64,000 nucleotides of DNA from the NCBI GenBank assembly GCA_963707505.1, contig CAVPQB010000004.1, positions 128,001 through 192,000 on the forward strand, written 5' to 3'. Below are positions 42,067 through 51,923 of this stretch, piece after piece; the stretch's first letter is position 1, and each line of letters starts with the position of its first letter. Both the position numbers and the translations under genes were made by a program. Under the pieces are notes generated by a model. That model was not told the DNA's origin. It did not search any database and saw nothing but the letters and a program-made list of their open reading frames with translations. This DNA comes from an uncultured Gemmatimonadales bacterium. GTDB taxonomy: Bacteria > Gemmatimonadota > Gemmatimonadetes > Gemmatimonadales > Gemmatimonadaceae.

Positions 42067-42504
42067 GTGGCGAACGAAGAACGCAACATGCAGCTCATGC
42101 AGACCCTGGACGATGCTTGGAACGCGCAGGACATGGGTACCTTCGACAAGCGCCATCGTAAGGAAGTTGTGGTGCGCTGGCCGGGAAAAACGCCCACCAA
42201 CGGAATCGATGCGCACCACCAGGAGGCGATCGATTTCTTCAAGACATTTCCGGATCAGCACCTCGTCAATCGCCCGTATCGTGTCTTTTTCGCGAACGGC
42301 GACTGGACTTGTTCGATCGCTCACTTCACCGGCACCATGACGGGCCCAATGCAAGGGGCCGACGGCAAAGTGATTCCACCAACCGGCAAGGGATTCGACG
42401 TGGACTTCTGCACCGTGGCTCACTGGGACAAGGATGGTCAGATCATCGAAGAGAACCTCTTCTACGACCTCGTCACCTTCATGCATCAGATCGGACTCGG
42501 ATAA
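42067..42504 (+). CDS. Ester cyclase/SnoaL-like protein
   Basis: LDDAWN, FFKTFPD, GDWT..FTGTMTGP, PTGKGF.VDFCTV, IIEENLFYD; AAGGA RBS. Confidence 0.88.
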   Translation: MANEERNMQLMQTLDDAWNAQDMGTFDKRHRKEVVVRWPGKTPTNGIDAHHQEAIDFFKTFPDQHLVNRPYRVFFANGDWTCSIAHFTGTMTGPMQGADGKVIPPTGKGFDVDFCTVAHWDKDGQIIEENLFYDLVTFMHQIGLG

Positions 42505-42548
42505 GAATCCGATCGCGCAAGGGCGCGGTAACCGGGGGATTGCACAAC

Positions 42549-43008
42549 ATGACATCGCGTCCAGAATCCGTAGCTGTGGTACCACGCACAATGCCGCGGA
42601 TCGCCACCGTCGACGAGCGTTACGAATCTTACAACGTCGAGGTCGCGGAAGTCATCGCCGGCTAATGGGCACGACGTTGTTCACGCTGGTCCGTCTCGGG
42701 AGGGGCTGCATCTCCATGCACCGTGCGTGCGCGGGCACCCGGGCGGCGTAACACTGCTGGCGATTAACAACAGCCAAACGCAGGCCTCGTCGCTTCAGAT
42801 CCCAAGCGCTGCGGAGCGTTATACCTTGAGCGCGCAGCAGCTCGAGGCCACCGACATCGAACTCAATGGACATGAACTGACGTTGGGAGCTAACGATGCG
42901 TTGCCGGAGCTTCAAGGGACGAGTGTTCCGGCCGGAACCGTAACGCTCGCACCGGCTACCAGCACGTTCCTCACGATTGCGGATGCACGAGACGCGAGTT
43001 GCCGATGA
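42549..43008 (+). pseudogene. Internally deleted paralog of the GH79 gene at 44793
   Basis: PRTMPRIATVDERYESYNVEVAEVIAG fused to LMGTT..RGHPGGVTLLAINNS..ASCR*; about 1.1 kb of catalytic core missing. Confidence 0.88.
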
Positions 43009-43069
43009 CACTGCAGAGTGACGTCCCGGTTCCATGCAGGTTTCGATGCTCGACGTGAACATCGAGAAT

Positions 43070-44536
43070 TCAGGCCTGCGTCTTGGTTCCCTTGGGCACT
43101 GTGAGCATGATCGAGACTATGGACACCACGACCATCAGCACGTTGAAGCCGAGCGCAATGATGGCGGCCTCCCGGACGGCAAGGTTGTCCTGGCGGCCGA
43201 GGAAGGTGATTACGCCGTCGAGCCAGTTCGCGCTCGCATTGTTGCCGCTCAGCGCAGTGAAGATCGCAGCGGAAATCGCCACGCCGAAGGCGGCGCCAAG
43301 CGACGACGCCATCTTGTAGATGCCCGAACCAGAACCCGTCTGTGTAGCTGGCAGGTTCGATAACGCGGCATCGGTTGAAGGGGTCGCGTAGAACGCCAGA
43401 CCGACACCGAACAGCGTATAACCGACGCTCGCGAGGATCTTGTAGTCCGACAGCCGCAGGTTGGCGGGTGACACCAACAGGATTGCCAGGCCCGTGATCA
43501 GGCAGCCCCAGATCATCGGTTTGCGCGGCCCGAAGCGTTGCAGAAGTTTCTCGCCCACTCGAATGAAGGCGATGATGGCGATCGCGTAACCGAGCGTCAA
43601 AAAGCCGGCCTGTTGGGCGTTCATGTTGCCGCCGAGCTGCACCAGTTGTAGCGACACGATCTGCGTACCGGCGGTCCCGTTGATCAGGAAGTTGGAGATC
43701 GTCGCGCCGGTGAATGTTGTGTTCCTGAACAGGCTGAAGTCGAAGAACGCATTGGACGCTCTGTTCTCGATGCGGAAAAACAGCCAGCCGAACACTACCG
43801 TTACCGCGAGGAGAACCAGACCAGTCGGACTGCTCCAGCCCAGCTTGTTGCCCTGCGTCACAAGTACTTCCAGTGCGACCATCGTGATCATGAACGCAAG
43901 CACGCCGGACAAATCGAACTTGTACGCGCCCGTTGTTTCCGCCTTGCTCTCGGGGGTGCCACGCATCATCCACAGTCCGAGCACGCTCACAGCGATGGCG
44001 ACCCAGAAGATGGAGCGCCAGCCAAAGTTCTGCGACATCAGGCCACCGACCAGCGAGCACAGGCCCGAACCGCCCCAGGAGCCGATCGACCACATGCTGA
44101 TGGCGCGCTGGCGCTCGGGACCGTCCCAAAAAGCTTTTACCAGCGCCAGACTGGCCGGCATGATGCAGGCGGCTGACAGCCCTTGCAACGCACGGCCCAC
44201 AAGCAGGACTGCTGTTGCCAACTGACCCTGCGGCGTGATGGCCACAAGCAGCGAGCCGGCGATGCTCAAGTAAAAGCCAATGCGAGTGACCTTCACCCGA
44301 CCAACCCGATCGGCCAACCCACCCATCACGACGATGAAGATGCCCGAGAACAGCGAGGTAATGGCCACCGCAACGTTCATCATGCTCGCATTCACGCCAA
44401 GGTCGCGGCTCATGTCAGGCGCGATGTTGAGCGTCGTCTGGGCAAACAGCCAGAACGCGACGACACCCATGATGATGCCGAACAGCAGTCGATCGTTGCC
44501 CTTGTATGGCATCGTCGATTGAGCAACGGTATTCAT
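43070..44536 (-). CDS. MFS transporter, DHA2 NorB-like
   Basis: FWLFAQTTLN, GLADRVGR, GRALQGLSAACIMP, GSGIYKMASSLG; GGAG RBS before ATG 44536. Confidence 0.88.
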   Translation of the reverse strand: MNTVAQSTMPYKGNDRLLFGIIMGVVAFWLFAQTTLNIAPDMSRDLGVNASMMNVAVAITSLFSGIFIVVMGGLADRVGRVKVTRIGFYLSIAGSLLVAITPQGQLATAVLLVGRALQGLSAACIMPASLALVKAFWDGPERQRAISMWSIGSWGGSGLCSLVGGLMSQNFGWRSIFWVAIAVSVLGLWMMRGTPESKAETTGAYKFDLSGVLAFMITMVALEVLVTQGNKLGWSSPTGLVLLAVTVVFGWLFFRIENRASNAFFDFSLFRNTTFTGATISNFLINGTAGTQIVSLQLVQLGGNMNAQQAGFLTLGYAIAIIAFIRVGEKLLQRFGPRKPMIWGCLITGLAILLVSPANLRLSDYKILASVGYTLFGVGLAFYATPSTDAALSNLPATQTGSGSGIYKMASSLGAAFGVAISAAIFTALSGNNASANWLDGVITFLGRQDNLAVREAAIIALGFNVLMVVVSIVSIMLTVPKGTKTQA

Positions 44537-44792
44537 ACGGGTCTCCATTGCGACGGCGCTGGCTTGACAGCTCCGTCGCCGAGAAAACAACCGGCGATGT
44601 GAGCTGCTTCCTGGCCTGACGGAGTATCTACAATCGCTGCGCGCCCAGCAAGTGTATGGATGGGACGACGACCGCTTTTGCGCCGGCAGCAGCAAGTGGG
44701 ATCACCTCTTGCAGTGACGTGCGCCAGGCGAGTACCGCGCACTGTGATTTTGCCTTTGAGTCCGGTCGCCGCCCATCTCTGGAAGGGAATTG

Positions 44793-46484
44793 ATGATGGT
44801 GCGCAACAACAGGCCCGTCGCACTTGGTGCGGTAGCGGTCGCGGTAGCGGTAGTACTAGTAGTAGTGTCGTTGGCCGCTGCGATGCGCAGCACGGCGCGA
44901 ACTTCCGCGGTGCCAGTTGCGGTATCCGTCTCGCTGACACCACGCACCATGCCACGCATTGCGACGGTCGATGAGCGTTATCAATCGTACAACGTTGAGA
45001 TGGCCGAGGTGATCGGCGGCAACTTCTGGAAGCCGTACGACGCGCAGCGCACGACCTCGAAGGCCAGTGGACCTCCGGCAGAAGCCATGTCGGGTAGCAC
45101 TGCGCCTCAGGTGGTAGGCGAGGATACGAGCATGTTCCAGGCGCGCGCACCGATCGACCTGTCGAACGCGCGGTTGCGTAAGCTGACAGCGGCGCTCGGG
45201 CCAGCCTACATGCGCACGAGCGGAACGTGGGCGAACTCCGTCTACTTCGACGATGCCGACAGTCCCGCACCGAAGACCGCACCGAAGACCGCACCGAAAG
45301 GGTTCATGGGCGTCCTGACACGCCCGGAATGGAAGGGCGTCGTCGACTTCACGCACGCCGTGAATGCCAACCTCGTCACGTCCTTCACGATCAGCGCGGG
45401 CGTCCGCGACACGGCAGGCGTGTGGACGCCGATAGAGGCCCGGAAGTTCGTCGCGTACACGACAGCCATCGGCGGACGGATTGCCGGAGCAGAATTCTTC
45501 AATGAGCCTGACATGCCGGTGTACGGCGGCGCGCCGGCTGGCTACACCGCCGCGGATTATGCGCGGGACTTCGCCATCTTCCGCCGATTCGCGACGCAGG
45601 CCGCTCCCGACATGCGGATCGCCGGTCCGGGCTCCGTTGGCGAAGGCGTGTTGATGCCTCTGATGGGTGGAGACACGGCGGCCATAGGAGTGGTAAAGAC
45701 AGCGGATATGCTCTCCGCGTCACCGCGGCCCATCTTCGACATCTTTTCCTATCATTTCTACGGTGCGGCGTCTATCCGATGCGCCTCGATGGGCGCGGGT
45801 GCGCAGACCACTCCTGATTCCGCGCTGTCGGAAAGCTGGCTCGCGCGCACCGACCGGAGCTACGCCTATTACGTGTCAGGTATCCGAGATCGATTCGAGC
45901 CGAACAGCAAACGCGTGTGGATCACCGAGACCGCGGATGCCGCGTGTGGCGGTAATCCGTGGGCGAAGACGTTCCTGGATTCGTTCCGTTATGTAGACCA
46001 GATGGGGCGCCTGGCCAGGAAGGGTGTCACGGTCATTTTCCACAACACGCTCGCCTCCAGCGAATACGGGCTGCTCGATCAGAAGACCTTTGAGCCGCGT
46101 CCCAATTACTGGGCGGGGTTACTGTGGCGTAGACTGATGGGCACCACAGTGCTCGAATCAGGCGTCCCGATCACATTGGGGCATCACGTCTACGCCCAGT
46201 GCATGCGCGGTCATCCCGGTGGCGTTACGCTGCTCGCGATCAACAACAGTCGGACGCAATCCGCGTCGATTGAGCTTCCGATCGCGGCGAGCCGTTACAC
46301 ACTTACCGCCGCGACGCTGCAGGATACGCACGTCCAACTGAATGGGCGTGAGCTCGCGCTGGGACCCAATGATGCGCTGCCAGGTTTGCAAGGCGTGCGT
46401 ATCGCCGCGGGACGCGCGGTGCTCGCGCCGGTGAGCATCACCTTTCTCACAATGGCAGACGCTGGCAATGCAAGCTGTCGTTGA
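44793..46484 (+). CDS. Secreted GH79 (heparanase/beta-glucuronidase-like) glycoside hydrolase
   Basis: LGPAYMRTSGT, acid/base NEP, nucleophile WITET, FLDSFRYVDQMG, PRPNYW; 12-bp repeat encodes APKT-APKT-APKG. Confidence 0.85.
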   Translation: MMVRNNRPVALGAVAVAVAVVLVVVSLAAAMRSTARTSAVPVAVSVSLTPRTMPRIATVDERYQSYNVEMAEVIGGNFWKPYDAQRTTSKASGPPAEAMSGSTAPQVVGEDTSMFQARAPIDLSNARLRKLTAALGPAYMRTSGTWANSVYFDDADSPAPKTAPKTAPKGFMGVLTRPEWKGVVDFTHAVNANLVTSFTISAGVRDTAGVWTPIEARKFVAYTTAIGGRIAGAEFFNEPDMPVYGGAPAGYTAADYARDFAIFRRFATQAAPDMRIAGPGSVGEGVLMPLMGGDTAAIGVVKTADMLSASPRPIFDIFSYHFYGAASIRCASMGAGAQTTPDSALSESWLARTDRSYAYYVSGIRDRFEPNSKRVWITETADAACGGNPWAKTFLDSFRYVDQMGRLARKGVTVIFHNTLASSEYGLLDQKTFEPRPNYWAGLLWRRLMGTTVLESGVPITLGHHVYAQCMRGHPGGVTLLAINNSRTQSASIELPIAASRYTLTAATLQDTHVQLNGRELALGPNDALPGLQGVRIAAGRAVLAPVSITFLTMADAGNASCR

Positions 46485-46598
46485 CCTCAGCCGCTCCGCG
46501 CAGTCGAGCGTGCGTATCAAATCCGTGTTGCGGGCCTCGCGAGACGATTTTCCCGCCGGAGTTGCGCCTGCATCTGCTGCGCTCTTTTTGCTCTCGCG

Positions 46599-47198
46599 TT
46601 ACGATGAGATGTTCGTGCCCGCCGCATCGGTCGTGCGCGGCAATGCGGTGTAGACGCGCGTGATGTATCCCAGAAACTCGTTCATGTAGTTTGCGAGGAA
46701 CTCGGCAGTGGACTCGACCGTGACCTCTCCATCGTCAGTTATGAGGCCCGGCGTGAACGGGATGTACGCCTCGATGGCGTTCATCAGTGGCGAGTTGCAA
46801 AAGGCGAGGATGCTCCGGAGGTGCTGCTGGGCGACCGCCGTACCAATCTTGCCCGGTGACGTGCCGATGATCGCCGACGGCTTGCGCGCGAAGGAGTTGG
46901 TGCCCCAGGGGCGGCTCGCCCAGTCAATGGCGTTCTTGAGACCGCCGGGGATCGACCGATTGTACTCCGGCGTCACGAAGAGCACGGCGTCCACGGAGGC
47001 TATCGCGTCCTTCAATGCGCGACCGGCGGGCGGGTAGTCCTTGTCGTAGTCGTACGAGTAAAGTGGCAGCTCGCCGATCGGAATCTCCCTCAGTTGCAGC
47101 TCCGGCGGCGCGAGGCGCCTGAGGGCAAGGGCGAGCTTCCGGTTGATCGATTCCTTCGCGAGGCTGCCGACGAAATACCCAACCGTGAATGTGGTCAC
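46599..47198 (-). CDS. NADPH-dependent FMN reductase (ChrR-like)
   Basis: GSLAKESINR, TPEYNRSIPGGLKNAIDWASRP; GTG start with GAGG RBS. Confidence 0.92.
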   Translation of the reverse strand: MTTFTVGYFVGSLAKESINRKLALALRRLAPPELQLREIPIGELPLYSYDYDKDYPPAGRALKDAIASVDAVLFVTPEYNRSIPGGLKNAIDWASRPWGTNSFARKPSAIIGTSPGKIGTAVAQQHLRSILAFCNSPLMNAIEAYIPFTPGLITDDGEVTVESTAEFLANYMNEFLGYITRVYTALPRTTDAAGTNISS

Positions 47199-47436
47199 GT
47201 GCAGTCCTCGAATAGGGGGCGTCGTCGGTGGCGGACGACCCGCGTAACGTTGCAAGAATGACACCGCGTCCGTATCTGCTGTTCGTCACGATCGACCCCG
47301 CGTTCTGTTTCGCGACCGATCGGCACCGTCACGGCCGCGGGCCCATCTTTAGCATTAAGCGGAGCGTCGGCAAGCCGCCGAGTTTCCACCCGCAGGGTCA
47401 GGGTACACAGTCGTCTCCAATGGCCGGAGGGCCATT

Positions 47437-48153
47437 ATGACCGCCGATCACCTCACACCGCCGCAGAGCGACTCCCAGTTCGCACGTCACCATCCCACTG
47501 AATACTTGACCGCGTACGCGATTGCAGGTGCCATTGGCGTCATCGTTCTGATCGTGCTTTTCCTCTTCATCGGGCACGAGATCCCGACGCATGACGCGCT
47601 CACGCGCGGCGATGCAGCCGTCAACGCGTGGATGGAGTCGCACAACACGGAGCCGGGCGAGACGATCTTCACGTGGGTGAGCTACATCGGCGCACCCGTG
47701 CTCGCGGCGACGGTCGCGATCAGTCTCATCGTGTTCGCGCGGCGGCATGACTGGTTCCACGTGTGGGCCGTGGCACTCGTGACCGGCGGCGGCCTTCTGC
47801 TGAGCACGATCCTCAAGTTCGTCTTCCATCGTGCGCGGCCGCTTACCGCCGCTGAGTTCATGACGCACCCGACTTACAGCTTTCCAAGTGGGCATGCGAT
47901 GAACTCCATGATCACGTACGGCTTCCTGCTACTGCTGCTGCTCGACCACGTGCACGAGCGCGGCAAGCGCGTCGCACTCGTTCTTGGCGGCCTCGTGATC
48001 ATCGGGGCGATTGGCTTCAGCCGCGTGTATTTGGGTGTGCATTTCGTTACCGACGTGATCGGCGGCTGGATTGCGGGCGCGGCGTGGCTGACGGTGGGGA
48101 TCGGCGGTTATCGTTTCGCGCAGCGCCGCTTCGCGCGGCGGCAGCTGATGTGA
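47437..48153 (+). CDS. PAP2 family membrane phosphatase
   Basis: K..FHRARP, SFPSGH, SRVYLGVHF.TDV. Confidence 0.92.
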   Translation: MTADHLTPPQSDSQFARHHPTEYLTAYAIAGAIGVIVLIVLFLFIGHEIPTHDALTRGDAAVNAWMESHNTEPGETIFTWVSYIGAPVLAATVAISLIVFARRHDWFHVWAVALVTGGGLLLSTILKFVFHRARPLTAAEFMTHPTYSFPSGHAMNSMITYGFLLLLLLDHVHERGKRVALVLGGLVIIGAIGFSRVYLGVHFVTDVIGGWIAGAAWLTVGIGGYRFAQRRFARRQLM

Positions 48154-48186
48154 CAGGGACGGCGCTTGCCGGAGTTGCGCCGCTTG

Positions 48187-48275
48187 CATTCACGAGCACG
48201 GCTGACGCAATTGCGCTGCAGTCCTGCGAGCTTCGCGCGCTTCACCGGTGACTTCTTGAACACCGTGCGAAATTG
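48187..48275 (-). pseudogene. queG: Short 3' remnant of queG (copy 2)
   Basis: QFRTVFKKSPVKRAKLAGLQRN, then shifted ASAVLVN; homologous to copies 1 and 3. Confidence 0.7.
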
Positions 48276-48351
48276 TCCACTGTGCGGCAAACTCTAATGG
48301 TCCCAGCTACTTAGAGTTCGTTGTCGCGTCCCCGCGCGACCGTTTAAACAT

Positions 48352-48367
48352 CAGCCCCTGCGTTCAA
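48352..48367 (+). promoter_or_regulatory. CAGCC-N5-GTTCAA motif upstream of the GNAT operon
   Basis: CAGCCCCTGCGTTCAA; same motif at 51784, 52280 and 52301. Confidence 0.55.
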
Positions 48368-48442
48368 GCAAGGGGCACCGGGCATTCGGTAATGTGCAGC
48401 TGCGATAACACATGTCGCGTCACGCACACCCAGGATACCGCC

Positions 48443-49099
48443 ATGCCGTTCGCCCTCCGACACCGTAGCGACCCGACTCCGCGTCTTGAGTCGCTACCGA
48501 CATTTTCCGTCCGCCGCGAGGAGGACGCGTCCGTCATGGCCGCGCTGCAGCAACGCGATGAAGCTGACATGGTGCGCCGCTTGGATACCGGACACCGCGC
48601 CTATGTCGCGATGTGCGATGGTCAACGCGCCGCGTGGGGATGGGTTGCGACCCGCTTCGCCGAAATTGGCGAGGTCGGTGCCTCGTTCACTCTCCCTGCC
48701 GGCGAACAATACCTGTGGAACTTCGTTACGCTCGCCGACTATCGCGGGCGAGGTATCTACCCACGGCTGCTCGATGCGATCGTGCGTGCGGAGTCGCGCG
48801 AAGCCGCGCGATTCTGGATCGCATATGCGCCGGAGAACCACGCGTCGGGAGCGGGCATCCGGAAGGCGGGCTTCGTCGATCTCGCCGAGTTGTCGTTCGA
48901 TGCAAGCGGCCGGCCCGCGCTCACACCGCTATTGCCTGGTGGTGCCCGGGTCGCGTCGCGAGTGCTCGGACTGCCCGAGAAGCGGGAGTCGCTCGCGCCG
49001 TGCTGGCGCTGCGTGCGCGCGGGTCGCGGGAGTATGTCCTGCGCACCTGGGCAGTGCCGATGCGACTATCAGCGGCCTGCATCGGGATGTGCATCGTGA
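48443..49099 (+). CDS. GNAT N-acetyltransferase with Cys-rich C-terminal tail
   Basis: YRGRGIY, ENHAS..GIRKAGF; tail CWRC..C...CRC...C. Confidence 0.8.
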   Translation: MPFALRHRSDPTPRLESLPTFSVRREEDASVMAALQQRDEADMVRRLDTGHRAYVAMCDGQRAAWGWVATRFAEIGEVGASFTLPAGEQYLWNFVTLADYRGRGIYPRLLDAIVRAESREAARFWIAYAPENHASGAGIRKAGFVDLAELSFDASGRPALTPLLPGGARVASRVLGLPEKRESLAPCWRCVRAGRGSMSCAPGQCRCDYQRPASGCAS

Positions 49100-49166
49100 C
49101 ATACATCGGGACATACATCGGAGCATGCCGCGTGAGCGCCCACGTACCGCGCATTGGAAGCCACAC

Positions 49167-49718
49167 ATGGACACGCACGCCGACACGTACATGGAGTCAC
49201 ACATGCAGATGATGAGCGAAGTTTCGACGGCAACCGCGTACGCAACCGCGGTGACGACAATACTGCTCGGCACAGCGGCTGGCGGGACCTTTACCGTTCT
49301 GGCGTACAGTGTTCCCAAGTACGCGAAGCCGTTCCTCTCGGCCGCCCTTTTCGTCACGGCGATGCTCTACGTCGGTCTGGCGCTCGCCGGTGGCGCTGGT
49401 CCCGCGTGGCTCACGGTGGAGATCGTCGGCGTTCTCGTGTACGGCAGTGCATCGCTCCGCGGACTGCGCGGGTCGGCGTGGTGGATCGTCGCCGGCTGGG
49501 CGCTCCATCCCATCTGGGACATCGCACATCACGTCGCACACACTGGTCACGCCTTCGTTCCCTCGTGGTACGCGATGGCATGTCTGGGCTTTGACATAGC
49601 CGTTGCAGCCGTGATCGCGTCACGAACGTGGCATGGCGCCACCGCACTGTCGCAGTCTCTTCCGCGATGGGTCCCGCAGTCACTTCTACAGTCTCTTCCA
49701 CAATGGGTTCGGCTATGA
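49167..49718 (+). CDS. Membrane protein (DUF6010-like)
   Basis: LYVG, GWALHPIWDIAHH, VPSWYAMACLGFD; start uncertain; stop overlaps next ATG. Confidence 0.65.
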   Translation: MDTHADTYMESHMQMMSEVSTATAYATAVTTILLGTAAGGTFTVLAYSVPKYAKPFLSAALFVTAMLYVGLALAGGAGPAWLTVEIVGVLVYGSASLRGLRGSAWWIVAGWALHPIWDIAHHVAHTGHAFVPSWYAMACLGFDIAVAAVIASRTWHGATALSQSLPRWVPQSLLQSLPQWVRL

Positions 49719-50830
49719 CCGCGATGCGTCCGACGGTGCTATCCACAGACGCGCGTGCAATGCGTGTCGAGCGGTACGACACCGTTGTCATCGGCGGAAG
49801 CCAGGCCGGCCTCGCCGTCGGGTATCATCTCGCGCGCCGTGATGTCGACTTCGTGATTCTCGATGCCGAGCGACGCGTGGGCGACGCATGGCGCAAACGA
49901 TGGGACTCGCTCCGCCTATTCACGCCGGCCGCGTACAGCGGGCTCCCTGGCATGGCGTTCCCAGCGCCGCCATCGCATTTGCCCGACAAGGATGAGGTGG
50001 CCGACTACCTCGAGCGCTACGCCGAGCGGTTCGATCTGCCGATCCGGTGCGCGATGCGCGTTGATTCGCTCGCCTCCGATGGCGAGTGGTATACCGTCCA
50101 CGCCGGCGACGTACGAATCGAGGCCGCAAATGTTATCGTCGCGACCGGTCCGCTTCGGTCGCCGCGTATTCCCTCGATCGGCGCCTCGCTCGCGCCCGAT
50201 ATTCTTCAGATCCACTCGAGCGAATACCGCAATCCGTTCGAACTTCCTGACGGGCCCGTGCTGGTCGTGGGAGCCGGGAACTCGGGCGCGCAGGTCGCCC
50301 TCGAGCTTGCGAGGTTCCGGAAGGTGTGGCTCGCTGGCTCGTCCACCGGCTACATCCCGCGCAGAATTCTCGGCCGCGATGTGTTCTCGTGGATCTGGCC
50401 CTTGATGTCGCGCGCGACGGCCGATACGCGGATTGGAAGACGATTGCGCCAACGCGCCACACGCGGCGGCGACGCGCTAATCGGAATTCCGGAGCGTACG
50501 CTCGTCGATGCGGGCATCGTCCGCCTAGGTCGCGTCACGGAACAGCGCGGTGGTCTCCCGCTCTGCAATGGCACCGTCGTGCAACCGAGCGTCATCGTCT
50601 GGTGCACAGGATTCGCGTCGGACTACAGATGGATCGCGCTCCCCGTCACCGACGAGCGCGGGCTTCCGCTCCACCATCGCGGCGCCGCGACCGGGCTGCC
50701 GGGTCTCTATTTCGTCGGCCTTCGCTTCCAGCATCGCATGACGTCCTCCCTGCTCGGCGGCGTCGGCGAGGACGCGGCATACATCGCGGACATCGTGGCC
50801 CGCCGTGCGGAAGGGGTGCGGTTCGCCTGA
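49715..50830 (+). CDS. Flavin-containing monooxygenase (CzcO/ArsO-like)
   Basis: VIGGSQAGL, WDSLRLFTP, HSSEY, VVGAGNSG, WCTGF, LYFVG. Confidence 0.9.
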   Translation: MTAMRPTVLSTDARAMRVERYDTVVIGGSQAGLAVGYHLARRDVDFVILDAERRVGDAWRKRWDSLRLFTPAAYSGLPGMAFPAPPSHLPDKDEVADYLERYAERFDLPIRCAMRVDSLASDGEWYTVHAGDVRIEAANVIVATGPLRSPRIPSIGASLAPDILQIHSSEYRNPFELPDGPVLVVGAGNSGAQVALELARFRKVWLAGSSTGYIPRRILGRDVFSWIWPLMSRATADTRIGRRLRQRATRGGDALIGIPERTLVDAGIVRLGRVTEQRGGLPLCNGTVVQPSVIVWCTGFASDYRWIALPVTDERGLPLHHRGAATGLPGLYFVGLRFQHRMTSSLLGGVGEDAAYIADIVARRAEGVRFA

Positions 50831-50900
50831 GGTAGCTCCGCGTTTTGCGAGAATCGCCTTCTGGCGGTAAACTCCGGGTGACTGCCACCATCGGGTGACC

Positions 50901-51704
50901 ATGAGTAGCAAGGATAGCAAGAGCACCACCAGCGTGACCGGCGGCATCGGGCATTTCGTGTCGTGGGATGGCGGCTGCGTCTTGATCGGACGCAACGTCG
51001 GCGTCATCCCGCCGCACGCACACTACGCGATTCAGATCGCGTTCGGCACGGAGCACGGCGTGCGCTTTCGCTCGCAGGAGAGTGATGCGTGGACCGAGTA
51101 CGGCGGTGCGATCATTCCCTCGCGCCACCCGCACTCCATGGACGCGACGCACGTGCGCGCGAACGCCGTGTTGTTCGTCGAGCCGGAGACGCGCGAGGGA
51201 CGCGCGTTGCGAGAGCGCTACCTGCAGGGCGGCATCGCTGCGCTACCGGACGACCTGCTCGCCGATACCCGTCGGGCATTGTTCTCCGCGTGGGAAGAGC
51301 AGCGGAGCAGGCACGCTGTCGCTGACGTGGCGCAGCATGTGATTCGTACACTCGCGGGAGGCGTCGGTCCGACCGTCACATCGGACAAACGCATTCTGCG
51401 CGCGATTACTTACATCAAAGCCCATATCAACGGTCCGATCACGCTCGACGAAGTAGCGCGCGAGGCGTGCCTGTCGCCGAGCCGCTTCCGTCATCTCTTT
51501 GTCGAAGAGACGGGGACGGCATTCCGCCCGTACGTCCTCTGGCGCCGCTTTCTGCGTGTGTGGGAGTTGTTGACGGCTGGAAGCTCGCTGTCGACCGCAG
51601 CGCATGCGGCGGGCTTCGCCGACGCCGCGCATCTCGCGCGGACGTCGCGGACCATGTTCGGTTTTCCGCCGTCGGCCATTCAGCTCGCAGCGCCACTCGA
51701 TTAG
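50901..51704 (+). CDS. AraC family transcriptional regulator
   Basis: HAHYAIQ sensor region, LSPSRFRHLF, GFADAAHL.RT...MFG. Confidence 0.92.
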   Translation: MSSKDSKSTTSVTGGIGHFVSWDGGCVLIGRNVGVIPPHAHYAIQIAFGTEHGVRFRSQESDAWTEYGGAIIPSRHPHSMDATHVRANAVLFVEPETREGRALRERYLQGGIAALPDDLLADTRRALFSAWEEQRSRHAVADVAQHVIRTLAGGVGPTVTSDKRILRAITYIKAHINGPITLDEVAREACLSPSRFRHLFVEETGTAFRPYVLWRRFLRVWELLTAGSSLSTAAHAAGFADAAHLARTSRTMFGFPPSAIQLAAPLD

Positions 51705-51781
51705 CCTCGCACCGTCGAGAGAGGCTTGAGAACGGACGGATGGAACATCTTGTTGTGCACACCGCGGCATCCGCGCGTCGA

Positions 51782-51799
51782 TTCAGCCCTTTCGTTCAA
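51782..51799 (+). promoter_or_regulatory. 18-bp motif upstream of the metallothionein-like gene
   Basis: TTCAGCCCTTTCGTTCAA, identical to 52278-52295. Confidence 0.65.
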
Positions 51800-51923
51800 T
51801 CCCGTGAGGCACATGAGGAGATAACGTGAAGCTTACGACGACCGCTGTCCGCAACTCCGCGGGCCGGTACCCGGTTCAACGGGACGTCGCGACGCAAACA
51901 CTGAATTCTCCGAGGAATCTCTC

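Noticed and set aside
48486..49166. 410-aa ORF read as one protein
   Set aside because: The first half overlaps the GNAT gene in another frame; only the hydrophobic part looks real
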